The position numbers and the translations under genes were made by a program. 64,000 nucleotides of DNA from NCBI RefSeq assembly GCF_009914755.1, contig NC_060928.1. One strand, written 5' to 3'. This DNA comes from the human T2T-CHM13v2.0 reference genome, Homo sapiens. Below the pieces are notes generated by a model that saw only the letters and a program-made list of their open reading frames with translations, was not told the DNA's origin and ran no database searches. Below, one piece after another: positions 45,248-64,000 of this stretch (its first letter is position 1; each line of letters begins with the position of its first letter).

Positions 45248-45835
45248 TGAAATGAAAGCCATTTATTCTAGAGGATTCAGGAAACTCCAGAGTTTGAATT
45301 TTCCTATAAATGCAGTCTTTATCCATAAAATATGTTGTGCACCCTTAGTGATGAAGTAAAGTATTTGAAATCTATTAAATGCTTTGCCATTTTATAATTT
45401 ATTCTAAGCTATGCTTATGTTTCTGTGTAGAACAAAGGATTAGGAAACTAACTTATTTCTTTCCCCCAAGCATGCTGTATTTTTTTCTTTGAAAAAATGA
45501 TTTCTAAGATATTTTAATTTAAGTTATAGTCAGTGTGACTATAGTCAGTGTGATATTTAATTTTAAGTTATAGTCGGTGTGATTATAAATATGAAAATCT
45601 GAAGAGTCAATAGAGAAAAAGACTAGGAGAAATAGTGGCTATGTATGGGTAGTAGAGATGTTGGTAATTTATTTATCTTTCAAACATTCTTATTAAAAAA
45701 TTTTAATAATTATGTATTACTCCTAAATTTAGAAGTCAGTTTCTAATTCGATGTAAGATGCAATAAATTCAAAGATTAGATTTCAGCATTATTTAAAAAA
45801 TTACAAAATATTGGTTTTTGGAAATTCTTACATAA

Positions 45836-46173
<338 letters not shown>

Positions 46174-46536
46174 TAGAGTGTCTTTATTATTATTTTTTTG
46201 ATGTAGTGATGACTAACCAGTCAATTCCATTTTGTGTATTGTGAGGACAATAATGAAATGTTTGTGAACTAAAGAAGGTAAAAAATTAGAAGATAAAATA
46301 CTATTATTCAAAGAATTACTAAGAGATAAAAGATGATACAGTCAGGAATTTCTGAGAGGCTTACATTTGGGTGGGAATACATGCAACCAAAAAATTGTCT
46401 AAATGTAGAGGTCACAGAAAGAATAAAGAGATTAGGTAGGGTGTTATAGAGAAGAGCCAAAAATTTTTTGTAGAAGGAAGAAAACAGTTCAAAATAACAC
46501 GGAAAGACCAAAATAAGGGTTCTGGTTAATGCATGA

Positions 46537-46983
<447 letters not shown>

Positions 46984-47102
46984 TAAAAAAACGTTTACTT
47001 GGTCAAAGGTGATTCATTAGCTCATACTATGTTTTGATATAATATAAAAGCAACGAAGTGCTATGATGATGGCACTTTGAGTGGCTGTTAAGAGTAGAAA
47101 CC

Positions 47103-47523
<421 letters not shown>

Positions 47524-50500
47524 TCAAAGTAATGGAGAAAACTCTGGTTTAGCATTAGAAATCACCATCTTCTCTAGTACAAGTCATGAAACTTAATGTC
47601 GGCAGTTTTAAAAACTGCAGTAAAGAAATTCACCTTCTCACCTTTTATTTTATCACATAACTTTTTGAAAGCTCTGTTATTATAATTACAGTGAATTTTG
47701 GTTTATATAATACCAACCTCACAAATGCAGAAATTCTCAATGATAATGTTTATGGTTTTAAAATGTTTATTCAGGTTTTAAAGACTTCTTCTTTTAAAAA
47801 GATTTCTGAGTATATGAAAAGTATTACTATGCCATATAAAAAAAGATTTATTTTAATAATCTCACTCTACTTACTGCCAGTTTTATCCAGAAAAATAGAT
47901 GAATAAACTGCTTACAAAACAGTTAGGGAAAACAACATGTGGTGTGGAGGTATGGAGGTAGGGAACATGGTGAGTCACATGAATGAAATTTTGCTGCAGT
48001 TAGAATTTATAAAAGATGTGCTGATAGAAATTACTGTATCTAATCTAATTATATAACCATTAGAAAAATGTAAATATTCTTATATACCTGAGATTTATCT
48101 CCAGCCATATATACTTGAAAATTAAAGATGGATAAATTTCATACATTTCTGTGCAGCTTTATAAAGATCTATTTTTGGTAAGGATGGTCTACTAGGTTTT
48201 TTATGTATTTATTCCAAAAATTCATTGCTCTAAGTTTTAAAGAAATTAAGTCCTCTGTTTTTTTCTGTAGCAATGTGAGTTTCAATTTTTAAACAATGTT
48301 TTGTGTGAAATAAAGATTTGTTACACACACACACACACAGCCTTACTTCACCACTTTGGTGGCTCACTGTGCTACATGTATGCAGCATTCTGTTTTAATA
48401 AGAGTCAGCACTACTGTTTTTCTTAAACACACAGCAGCTATAGCTATCTTTTCGGCTGAGGTGCAGCATACAGTGCAGCAAAGGAAAATATCTTTTGGAG
48501 TACAGAATACTCTTAATTATCAGTTACTGGGCATCTACTTTGTGACTGTAATTTATGTCCTCCTATCTCCTGCAAATCCTAGACAAGAAAAAAATCCTTA
48601 AATCAACATGATACAATGGGTGCTGCTTATCAACTGCTAGGTAAGAACATCAAAATCTGGATCACAGTAGAGGTTATAGTGAGGCCAAGACCTTAGTCAA
48701 CATATGGGAAGGAACCACTTATGTGAGAGTATATAATGACAATAAAGTGAGTGAGTGACTAAACCCACACTATGTAATAAAAATAACATGAAGTTGAGCA
48801 CTCTTCAGGTACCTTAAACATAGTTATATTTTCATAACAAACTAAAAGACAGCATTGTTCCTTTTTATTCTTTCATTGTGAGACTTGGTTATTGCAGAAA
48901 AATGATAAAACATTAACAAACCACAAATAAGCAAAATGAAGATAATACAGTTTACTAATCATGTAACTACCCAGAAATGAAAAGTTAATTAATCAATGTT
49001 AACATTGGTATAAACTTTTTGTATGTTTTTTCTCGTGTTATTTTTTTTTAAAGGTAGTATTTTGCAATGCTACTGATGTGAATTTTAAATTTTTTCTTAG
49101 AAGTGATTTATGACTGAAGAAAAACTCTGTGTTGGTCCTGCTCGGATTCTTTTTTTCCTTTTCTCTCATAATTCCGCATTGTCTACTGATAATCTTTTGT
49201 GGTGATGTATTAGTCTTACTCTGTGTCCGACTAGTTATTTCCTTGTATCAAATCTTTTAATATAAATTACAGATAAATCTAAGTTTCCAAAATTACTTCA
49301 CATTTACTTTTCATGTAATCAAAAATTATTTGTATTTCTATAGGTCTATTTCCTAGACTCATGCAGTGCTCTGTTTCTAGTTTCTTCTTGAATACACTTT
49401 AAAAGTTATTATGTATTGTCTGTAAGGCAATTCTTTCTGCTTTCATAATTACCTTTTTTTTTGAGGTCTTACATTTTTTTTTCCTTGAACTCTACCTGCC
49501 TATGTTTTATCTGCATTGAAAGTATTTTCTTATCTTCCCTAAACACTTGTTTTTCTACCTTGTGCTCTTATTTTATAAAGGCTATTGCTTTTTAAACTTT
49601 TAAAAGAATTATATTAAGATGTTTGATCAGATTTTTGTCTGTTCTCTGGTAGCATTTTTCTGGTGAATACTCTTCACTTGTCATTTATGCCTTATGTTTT
49701 TTCCTCCTATTCTTTTAGTATTATGATTTTTGTATAGGTTTTGTTTTTTTTAAATTGAGATATAATACACATATAATAAAATTCACCACTTTAAAGTGTA
49801 TAATTCAGTGGTTTTTACTGTATTCACAGAGTTGTACAACCACCATTACTATCTATTATGATTTTCATCATGCTAAAAAGAAACTCTGTTAGCAGTAACT
49901 CCCCTTTCCCCCCTACTCCCTCATCCCTGGCAATCATTAATATACTCTTTGCTTCTATGGATTTGCTTATTCTGAGCATTTTATAGAAATCGAATCATAC
50001 AATACATGGCCTTTTAAGTCTGTTTTTTTTTTTTCATTTGGCATAATGTTTTCTAGATTTATCCATGTTGTCATGTATTATTATTTCATTTCTTTTTGTG
50101 GCTGAATAATATTCCACTGAATATAGCACATTTTGTTTATTCATTTATTAGTTGACAGATATTTGGATTGTTCCCACTTTTTGACTATTATGAAGAATGT
50201 TACTATAAATATTTGTGTACAAATTTTCATGTGGACATAACATTTTCATTTCTCTTGGATGTATACCTATGAGTGTAATTGCTGGGTCATGTAGTAACTC
50301 TATGTTTTACCATTTGAAGAACTGCTAGACTGTTTTCCAAAGAGGCTATACCATTTTACATTTCCATCAGCATAATATGAGGGCTCTAATTTCTCCATAT
50401 CCTCGCTAACATTTGTTATTATCTGACATTTTGATTTTATCCACCCTCTCTGTGTGAAGTGATATATCATTATGTTTTTGATTTGCATTTCTTTAATGAC

Positions 50501-50566
50501 AAATGATGTTGAGCATTTTTTCATGTGCTTGTCAGGTCATTTTTATGTATTATTTGGATAAATGTT

Positions 50567-50971
50567 TGTCTTAGTCTGTATTGCAATGCTATAACAGACT
50601 ACCACACACTGGGTATTTATAATGAACAGAAATTTATTTGGCACATAGTTCCAGAGACTAGGAAGTCTAAGAGCATAGTGTCAGCATCTGGTGGGGCCTT
50701 CAAACTTCATCACCTTATGGTGGAAGGTGGAAGGGCAAGAGAGTACATGAGAGAGAGCAAGAGACAGACAGAGAGCAAATGAGCCAAACTCAGTTTTATA
50801 ACAACCCACTCTCACAATAATGAATTCACTCCAGTGATAAAAACATTAATCTGCTCCTGAGGGCAGAGCCCTCATGGCCTAATCACCTCTTAATGGTCTC
50901 ACTTCTGAATACCATCATTATAGCAATTAAATTTCAATGTAAGCTTTGGAGGAGATATTCAAACCATAGCA
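50567..50971 (-). mobile_element. MST (MaLR) LTR
   Basis: tgtcttagtc..attcaaaccatagca; 5-bp TSD atgtt/atgtc. Confidence 0.85.
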
Positions 50972-51317
50972 ATGTCTATTCAAATTTGTTCCTCATTTGT
51001 TTAAATTTATTTATTTTACTGTTATTTTAACTCTATATTTGTTTCATTTAAAAAATTAGGGTATAATTGACAAAATGAAAATGAGATATATTTACAGTGT
51101 ATAATGTGATGTTTTGATATGTATATATACATTGTAAATGGTTAAATCAAGCTAATTAACATATCCAATATTGCCCATTTTTAAGTTAAACTATTTGTAT
51201 TTTTATTATAGAATTATGAGTTTTTATATATTATGGATACTAAATCTTTATCAGAAATATGATTTACAAATATTTTATCCCATTCTAAGAGTTGTCTTTT
51301 CAGTTTCTTTTATTTAT

Positions 51318-52818
<1,501 letters not shown>

Positions 52819-53437
52819 TAAGTTAATTTTCCATATGGTATGAGGGAGGGATCCAAATTCACTTTTTTGCATGTGGATATTCAGTTGTCCCAACACTATT
52901 CCTTGGAAAGATTGTATTTACCCAGTGAATGCTCTTGAAATTTTTTATTGAAAATCAAGTGACCATAGACACATGAGTTTATTTCTGGACACTATTCCAC
53001 TTATCTACATGTTTATCCATGCCTGTAGTATCACACTGTCCTGTAGTAAGTTTGAAATCAGGAAGTGTGGTTCTCCAACCTTGTTCTTTGTTCTTCTTTT
53101 TCAAGATTATTTTAGCTATTCTAGGTCCCTTACAATTCTATGTAAATTTTAAGGATCAGCTTGTCCATTTCAGCAAAAGAGGCACTGGAATTTTGATAGT
53201 GTACTGAATTTGTAGATCACTTTGGGTAGTATTGCCAATACAATATGAAGTCTTCCAATACATAAACATGGACTATCTTTCCATTTATTTAGGTCCTCAT
53301 TGATTTCTTTCAACAGTATTGTGCAGTTTTCAGTGTACTTCTTTAAAATTTATTCCTAATTTAAATATTTAATAAAATAATCAAATAAAAATATTTGATT
53401 GCGTTTGATGCTATCACAAATGGAATAGTTTTATTAA

Positions 53438-53837
<400 letters not shown>

Positions 53838-54360
53838 TTAGTTTTTATTTTTTAAAGTTGGATTCTTTAGAGTTTTCTCTGTAAAAAATTGTGTTATTTG
53901 CAAATAAAGATAGATTTCTTTCTTCTTTTCCAATCTGAATGCCTTTTATTTCTTTCTCTTGCCAAATTGCCATTGCTAGAGCCTCCAGTACAAAGTTTAA
54001 AAGTAGTGGTGAGAGCAGACCTTCTTTTCTCTTTTTTGAAAACGTTCAGGCTTTCACCATTAAGTATGATGTTAGTTGTGGGTTTTCCATAGATGCTCTT
54101 TATCAAGTTCAGGAATTTCCTTGCTATTCCTAGCTTATTGAATGTTTTTACTAAGAAAGGGTGTTAGATTTTGTTAAATATCTTTCTGTATCTGTTGAGA
54201 TGATTATGTAGTTTTTGTTTTTATTCTGTTGATATGGCATATTACATTAATTGATTTCTGTATATAAACTGACCTTGTATTCCTGAGATAGACTCCACTC
54301 GGTTGTGATATAGAATCCTTTATATGTACTACTGGATTTGGTTTGCTAGTATTTTATTGA

Positions 54361-55060
<700 letters not shown>

Positions 55061-55834
55061 TGATACAGACATCACAGAGTGAGTTTGGGAGTGTTCCCTC
55101 CTCTTCTATTTTTTGGGAGAGTTTCTCAAGAATTGGTGTTTTATCTTATTTAAGCATTTGGCAGAATTTACCAGTGAAGCCATCTGGTCATGGGCTTTTC
55201 TTTCTGTGAAAAAAATTTTTTTTTTAATTACTGAATCAACTTCTTTAGTTGTTATGCATGTATTCAGATTTTCTATTTCTTCTTTTATTATTTTGGTTGA
55301 TTGTATCTTTCTAGGAATTTTTCTATTTAATCTGAGTTATCTCATTTGTTGGAATGCAGTTGTTCATAGTGTTTACTTATAATCCATTTTTATGCCTTGT
55401 GAGATTGGTAGTAATATTTAGTCTTTCATTTCCAATTTGAGTAATTTGAATTTTCTCTCTTTTTTCTTGATTGATCTAAAATAAAATTTTGTTAATTTGT
55501 TGACTTTTTCAAATAATCAACTTTTGGTTTTGTTGATTTAAGAAAATTCTCTATTTAGTTTATTTCTGCCCTAATATTTATTATTTCCTTCCTTCTGCTT
55601 GCTTTGGGCTTAGGTCGCTCTCCTTTTTCTATTTTTATAAGTTGAAATGTTAGGTTATTGACCTAAGATCTTTTTTTGTTTATAAAATAGGCATTTACCA
55701 TTATAGGTGTCCCCTGCTTTCACTGCATTTCTTAAGTTTTAGTATGTCGTATTTTCATTTTATCTCAAAATATTATGTAATGTCCCTTATGACTTATTCT
55801 TTGACCCATTGGTTATTAGAAGTATTTTGTTTAA

Positions 55835-56192
<358 letters not shown>

Positions 56193-56291
56193 CCTGTTAT
56201 TGGTTTCTAAAGTTATTCCACTTTGGTGAGAGAATATACTGTGTATGATTTCATTCCTTTTAAATTTATTAAAGCTTGCTTTGTGGAATAA

Positions 56292-57100
<809 letters not shown>

Positions 57101-57389
57101 TCAGAAATGTTTGCTTGGTGAATGAATATGAATTTTCTTCTGTAATCAGTGGGAAATCAATGGAGGTTTTTAGAAGGAATTAGTAATTATATCGATTGCA
57201 TCCCCGGGGCGTAGAGCAATTCCTTGTACTTAGTAGCTCAGCAAATATTTGTCGGATGGTAGTCAGAAGTATGGACTGAGAAACTGAGAGACTAGCTGTG
57301 GAAACACTTGTTTGTTTTTAGAATTCTAGGCAAAAATGCTTAGATGAATGAAGGCCATTCTGAGAAATTATGTACCAATTCCCTAATTA

Positions 57390-58427
<1,038 letters not shown>

Positions 58428-59714
58428 TAGAACATTCAATGTCTTACCAACAATTTAATGTGGGTTTTGAATGAATATAATCAATCCGTTTTCAATGCTT
58501 TTATTCAGATAAGTTTGTAGTTTGAACAAATAGAAAGTCAAACATATATTCTGAGTACAAAACAGCTTCAAGGGATTCACTGCAGCGATAATCACAGTAT
58601 CTCTTCTTTAAAATAGGAAATCCTGCTTGGGATTTCTACGTACTTTAAAATGTTAATTTAAATCAATGTAACTTTGCATATACTGTGGGAATATTTTGAG
58701 GTTACACAGTGGATTCCAGCAGAAAGCAGCTGGCACACTCAAAATAGGATAAATTAGGGTGTTTTTATTTATGTAGGAAGTATTTACAGAGGTAAATAAA
58801 GAGGGTAGGAAACTGCGGGGATGGAAAAAGCAAAAAAAAAGAAGTATGTGTGGAATGTAGGGCACAGGTATAGGCTCTAACTTTGAGATAGGATATACCC
58901 CTTCCTCTGACCCTACAGGAAAGTGTTAAAAAACAGATGTAGAGATGGATATATTGCCATCAAAAGGTGATGGTAAGGCATTTGCTGCTTGTCTGAGACT
59001 AGGCTAGAGCTCTTTCCCTGATTCTTACTGTTTGCCCAAGGCCTGTTACCTGGTAAGGGAGCGAATTTATCCTCATCTTGCAGCCAAAGAAGAAGTAATT
59101 TTTATCATTGCAAGGAAATATTACACCCAATCCATGTGTCAGGTCTACTATTCTAATATTCATTTTCCTGTGCACATCAGATACCACAAAGTCTAGGTTC
59201 CAGGATCACTGAGGTACCCCTGTCTCCATTAGTAGAGATAATTTGTTGCACTGATAGATAAAAAGTACAGTGTAGCTGTACTGAAAATGACATGGAACTG
59301 CTTTCTCAACCCATAATTTTTTTCTACCCAACAATCTCCTCTCCCTTCCTCTGAGCAGATGACTTTCTCCCCCTTAATTGAGATAAATAAGACCTTCAGA
59401 ACAAAACTCTATTCCTTTCTCCCCATCTTCACCTTTCCCCCTTTAGTTTCAGGGATTAGGTGTTCACCTGGGCTCTGCAGTTCTCATTTCATTCTTTGTC
59501 GTTGCTATTTTACTTTATCATCTATTTCCTCTCCCTTCTGTATTTTCAACCTCTTTCCCCCATTGCCTCCTATTGCTAAGCCTGTAAGACGTTTTCATCC
59601 TAAAATGTCAACAACAACCAGAATGCCCACCACAATAATTAAAGGAGAATGTTCTGCTGTCTGCACATCAGTTCTATTGCCTACTGCCTTTCTCTCTCTC
59701 TCATGCTCTCTCTC

Positions 59715-59865
59715 TTTTTGAGATAGCATCTTACCTGTCATCCAGCCTAGAGTGCTGTGGTATGATTATAGCTCACTGCAGCCTCAAACTGCAGGGCTCA
59801 AGTGATCCTCACATCTCAGCCTCTCAAAGTGCTGGGATTACAGGCATGAGACACAGCACCTGGCC
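59715..59865 (-). mobile_element. Internally deleted or monomeric Alu
   Basis: Right-arm start fused to left-arm end. Confidence 0.7.
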
Positions 59866-59919
59866 CCTTATCTCTCTTTTCTTGCTCAGTCAAGCTTCTT
59901 TAAAGTATGAGCTACAAAG

Positions 59920-60082
59920 GATAGGATACAGAATTTTCAGAGCCCAGGACAAATGAAAATGAATGGTTACTTGTTCAAAATTATTAAGAATTTCAAGATG
60001 GCAACCTCAGAGTATTAAACAACTCATGGGGACTGGGGCCCTATGTGACTGCATAGGTTGCCCATCACAAAGCTGACTCAGA
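59920..60082 (-). mobile_element. MER45A (hAT-Tip100)
   Basis: ttgttcaaaattattaagaatttcaagatggca..ggggccctatgtgactgca. Confidence 0.8.
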
Positions 60083-60654
60083 ATCTACACTTCTCTTTTT
60101 TACTTACTGAACTCCCATTCCCTCCTCACCCACTGCAATTTACCTTTTACCTCCATCTTAATGCTGGAGGTAAAACCTCCACCTTGGATTCTCCACCTAG
60201 CTAAAATCGTTAAATATTTTTCAGTTCTTATATTTATCTTTTTGCATTAACCTAATCTTCCCATATATTTCTATCTCCCATCCATAATCATGGTTGTTAA
60301 AAAATTACTTGTTGAATGAATGAATGACCAATCTTTGACTCCTGTTTGTTGGATTCTCAGGGTCCTGACTATCTTATCATTTTATGCCATACATCTACCC
60401 TAGTTAGTCCCTCCAGGTTTACATGTAAGCTTGTGAGTTTGAAACCTATATGTAAATTGATGACTTCAAACTCTCTATCTCTAGCTTTTCCCCTAACTTT
60501 AGACTCATCTATCTATCTATCTATCTATCTATCTCCTTTTGCCTCTGAGAAATCTTCATCCGGCTGTCCAATTGATACCTCAATCTCAGCATGTTCAAAA
60601 CCAAACTCATTACCATCTCCTACTTGAAGCTTTCTCTTTCTGTTGTGGTTCTTT

Positions 60655-60976
<322 letters not shown>

Positions 60977-60990
60977 CTGACTCTTATTAA

Positions 60991-61273
60991 TTTTTTGTTT
61001 TTTAGACGGAGTCTCGCTCTGTCGCCTAGGCTGGAGTGCAGTGGCGCGATCTAGGCTCACTACAAGCTCCGCCTCTCGTGTTCACGCCATTTTCCTGCCT
61101 CAGCCTGTCCGAGTAGCTGGGACTACAGGCTCCCGCCACCACGCCCGGCTAATTTTTTTGTATTTTTAGTAGAGACGGGGTTTCACCGTGGTCTCGATCT
61201 CCTGACCTCGTGATCTGCCCGCCTCAGCCTCCCAAAATGCTGGGATTACAAGCGTGAGCCACTGCGCCCGGCC
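60991..61273 (-). mobile_element. AluY with a 12-bp left-arm deletion (Yd/Yc lineage)
   Basis: tttcaccgtg joined to gtctcgatc (ttagccaggatg missing); flanks cctga(c/t)tcttatt. Confidence 0.85.
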
Positions 61274-61539
61274 CCTGATTCTTATTTTTAATGGTATATC
61301 TAGGCACAAAATGCTAGGAAGGACTCATTGAGGGAGGAATTTATATTTTCTAACCAATGTAAGGAGCTCAGGAAAAATATCAAATTTGAAATTGAACTTC
61401 AAAGTTGAATAAACTTGGAAAGATAAAAATGAGATGGAAGTTGCATGTAAGATGAACAAAACAAAACAAAACAAAACAAAAAACAAAAAACTAGGGATGG
61501 GTTGGAGTAAAAGGATTCCCAGCTCTTGGTACATTATTC

Positions 61540-61988
61540 TCATGTGAGTCCCCCCACCAACATTGAGTGGGGATCACTTGTGAACCTACAGGATATTGCT
61601 GAAATAATGAAGTTTGACTTCTGAGGTTCAGTCATAAATGATATTGTGGCTTCTATCCTGTTCTCTTGGACCACTAGCTCTGGAGCCAGCTGCCGTGGTG
61701 TATGACCTGCACACAGCTCTATGGAGAAGTCTATGTGTTGAGGAACTGAGGCTTCTAGAAAACAGCCCATGTGAGTGGCCCATTTTAGATGCAGATCATC
61801 TATCCCAGGCAAGCCTTCAGATACTTGTAGTCTTGGCCTATGTGTTGATTCCTGACCCAATACAGAACCACCCAGCCAAGCCACTCCTGAATCCCTCATC
61901 CACAGAAACCGTGAAATAATAAATGTTTGGGTTTCTAAGCCATTATGTTTTGGGATAATTTATTATATAGTAATAGATAACTAATGCA
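61540..61988 (+). mobile_element. MLT1 (MLT1E/F-like) LTR
   Basis: aggaactgaggc..cagccaagccactcctgaatccc..aataaatg..tagataactaatgca. Confidence 0.8.
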
Positions 61989-62387
61989 GAGGGTTTTTCG
62001 TTAGATACATTTTTATATGTATTGAGTTTTGGAACCGTATATCTATAGTTTGAACAGTATAACTAAAAGCAACCACAAAGGGAACTCTGAAAATAAAATC
62101 CTTTCCTAAATTCTGCATTGATTTCCCATTACAGTCTTATTTAGAATTAAATAAGAATACTTTGCACTTATCTACCCAGTGTCTATGTGATCTGGCCCCT
62201 GCTTCCTTCTTCTGTGTCTCCAGCCAGGAGACATTAATGTTGGTTTCCCTTGACTTCCATCAATGGTCTGACATTTCTGAATTCCAGGAATGACAAAGAT
62301 TATGTACTCGAAGCAAAACTCTAGCTGCACACCATAAAGCAGCTCTTCAGCAAAAGTGATATGGCCTTTATGTTTTTAACCCAGTAG

Positions 62388-62445
62388 GACACAGACACTC
62401 ACACACACACACACTCTCTCTCTCTCACACACACACACACACATA
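62388..62445. repeat. Compound (CA)n(CT)n(CA)n microsatellite
   Basis: Direct reading. Confidence 0.9.
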
Positions 62446-63442
62446 TACTCTCTTACAGCTTTATAGAGGTAAAAAGTAAACAGTATATATTTAACATATG
62501 TACTTTGACAAATTTAAAATGAAATTTGAAACCATCAATATGCTCAAAGGAATGAACACATCTTTTATGCTTAAAAGTTTCCTCCAAGCCCTTTTGTAAT
62601 CTCTCCTTCCCCCTCACCTCATCCCAAACTAGTTATCTAGACAGATTATAGAATATTTCCATCGTTACAGAAAATTTATTGGAAAGGGCTTATGTAATTC
62701 TTGTAAAGAATACCTCATTTTGTTTGATTGTAGCTAATATACCAGTTGTTACAAAGTCAATGAGTATTGGAACTAGTAGTACCTGCGAACACTTCTATCT
62801 ATTGACAGTTACTGATGACATAACTTTTGAGTTTTAGAGCTCTTTCTGCTGGATCAGCTGAGGTATGTCAAGTTCATACCATTGTGCAGAGTGTGAAATG
62901 CCAATAGTAAAGCATCCTCTTCCTCTAGGAAACTAATTAGAGAAGTTAGCTCCAGAGATTAAAAGAAAGATTCATAGTCTTTGATTGAGGTAGAGGAAAA
63001 ACAAAAAAACCCAAACTTGCTCCTTCCATTTAATTAGCAGATGGAAGTGTGTCCAGAAATTCTTCTGTGTCCTCTGATCCTTTTTTCCTTTTCTTCTTTT
63101 CTCTGTTTGATTATTTAGACCAGGGGTTGGTAACTTCCTTATAAATCCCTCAGAGATGAATGGAATTAGGAAAGGTCTCGTCTGGTCTCTTTCACCTTCA
63201 CTTGGAGTCCTAGAGTGAGAGGAAAATGGGATAATAGAGTCTCTTCCTAGACAATCCCTCAATTGCTTGTTTCTTGTTACAGAAGTTTATTGTTAAAATT
63301 ACATGTACAGATAAGCTAAAAGAAGAAAGTAAAAATGATGACTATGCTTCTTACATAGAAATAACTGCTTAATATTGTAGTCTAAACTGAATTCTCACTC
63401 TCTTTTATAAAAATGAAAATATACTACACATTTTAGTACTTA

Positions 63443-63800
<358 letters not shown>

Positions 63801-63883
63801 CTAATGGAATTGTATACTGTTGTTTAGCTGTGTCAGCTGCTAGATATTCAAAGTCCTTTTTTTCTAGAAGCTTTGATCCTTGA

Positions 63884-64000
63884 TTTTTTTTTAAAGACAC
63901 ATTTATTCAGCATCATGATCAGACTATTACATTTAGCAATCAACAGCATGGGTGCAATAAAAAATGTACATTAAAACTCTTTGTTGGAATGCTTTCCACT
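63884..64000 (-). pseudogene. HNRNPA1: 3' end (3' UTR, poly(A) signal, A-tail) of an HNRNPA1 processed pseudogene that continues past the window
   Basis: Reverse complement reads AAAGCATTCCAACAAAGAGTTTTAATGTA..TTGCACCCATGCTGTTGATTGCTAAATGTAATAGTCTGATCATGATGCTGAATAAATGTGTCTTT then an A-run, matching the recalled HNRNPA1 3' UTR. AATAAA is at 63902-63907 (-) and the T-run at 63884-63892. Confidence 0.88.

Overview
Catarrhine primate (human-like) non-coding DNA, probably intronic or intergenic. It is dominated by transposable elements: about 40 Alus, L1PA/L1M fragments, MIR/L2, a solo ERV9 LTR12, a complete THE1 MaLR provirus, MER31/MER39-like/MLT/MST LTRs, and hAT elements (MER1B, MER5, MER45A, a Charlie end). 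I can support no intact protein-coding gene, and almost all long ORFs in the track are Alu/L1/LTR artefacts. The two gene-derived sequences are a disabled, intronless TAF4B retrocopy (about 8652-10073, +) and the 3' UTR end of an HNRNPA1 retrocopy at the right edge (-). I found no new multi-gene system. The most unusual signals are retrotransposition anomalies: (1) the TAF4B retrocopy has no poly(A) of its own and is fused directly to an L1 3' half (template-switch chimera candidate); (2) an Alu, an antisense L1 fragment and an Alu monomer sit inside one target-site duplication (Alu 3'-transduction candidate); (3) a head-to-head Alu pair has a 21-bp spacer that is inverted target DNA; (4) a ~93-bp LTR-end retrocopy with a poly(A) signal is flanked by an L1-type TSD. 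Family and subfamily names come from recalled consensus sequences, not database searches. Boundaries without a stated TSD are approximate.
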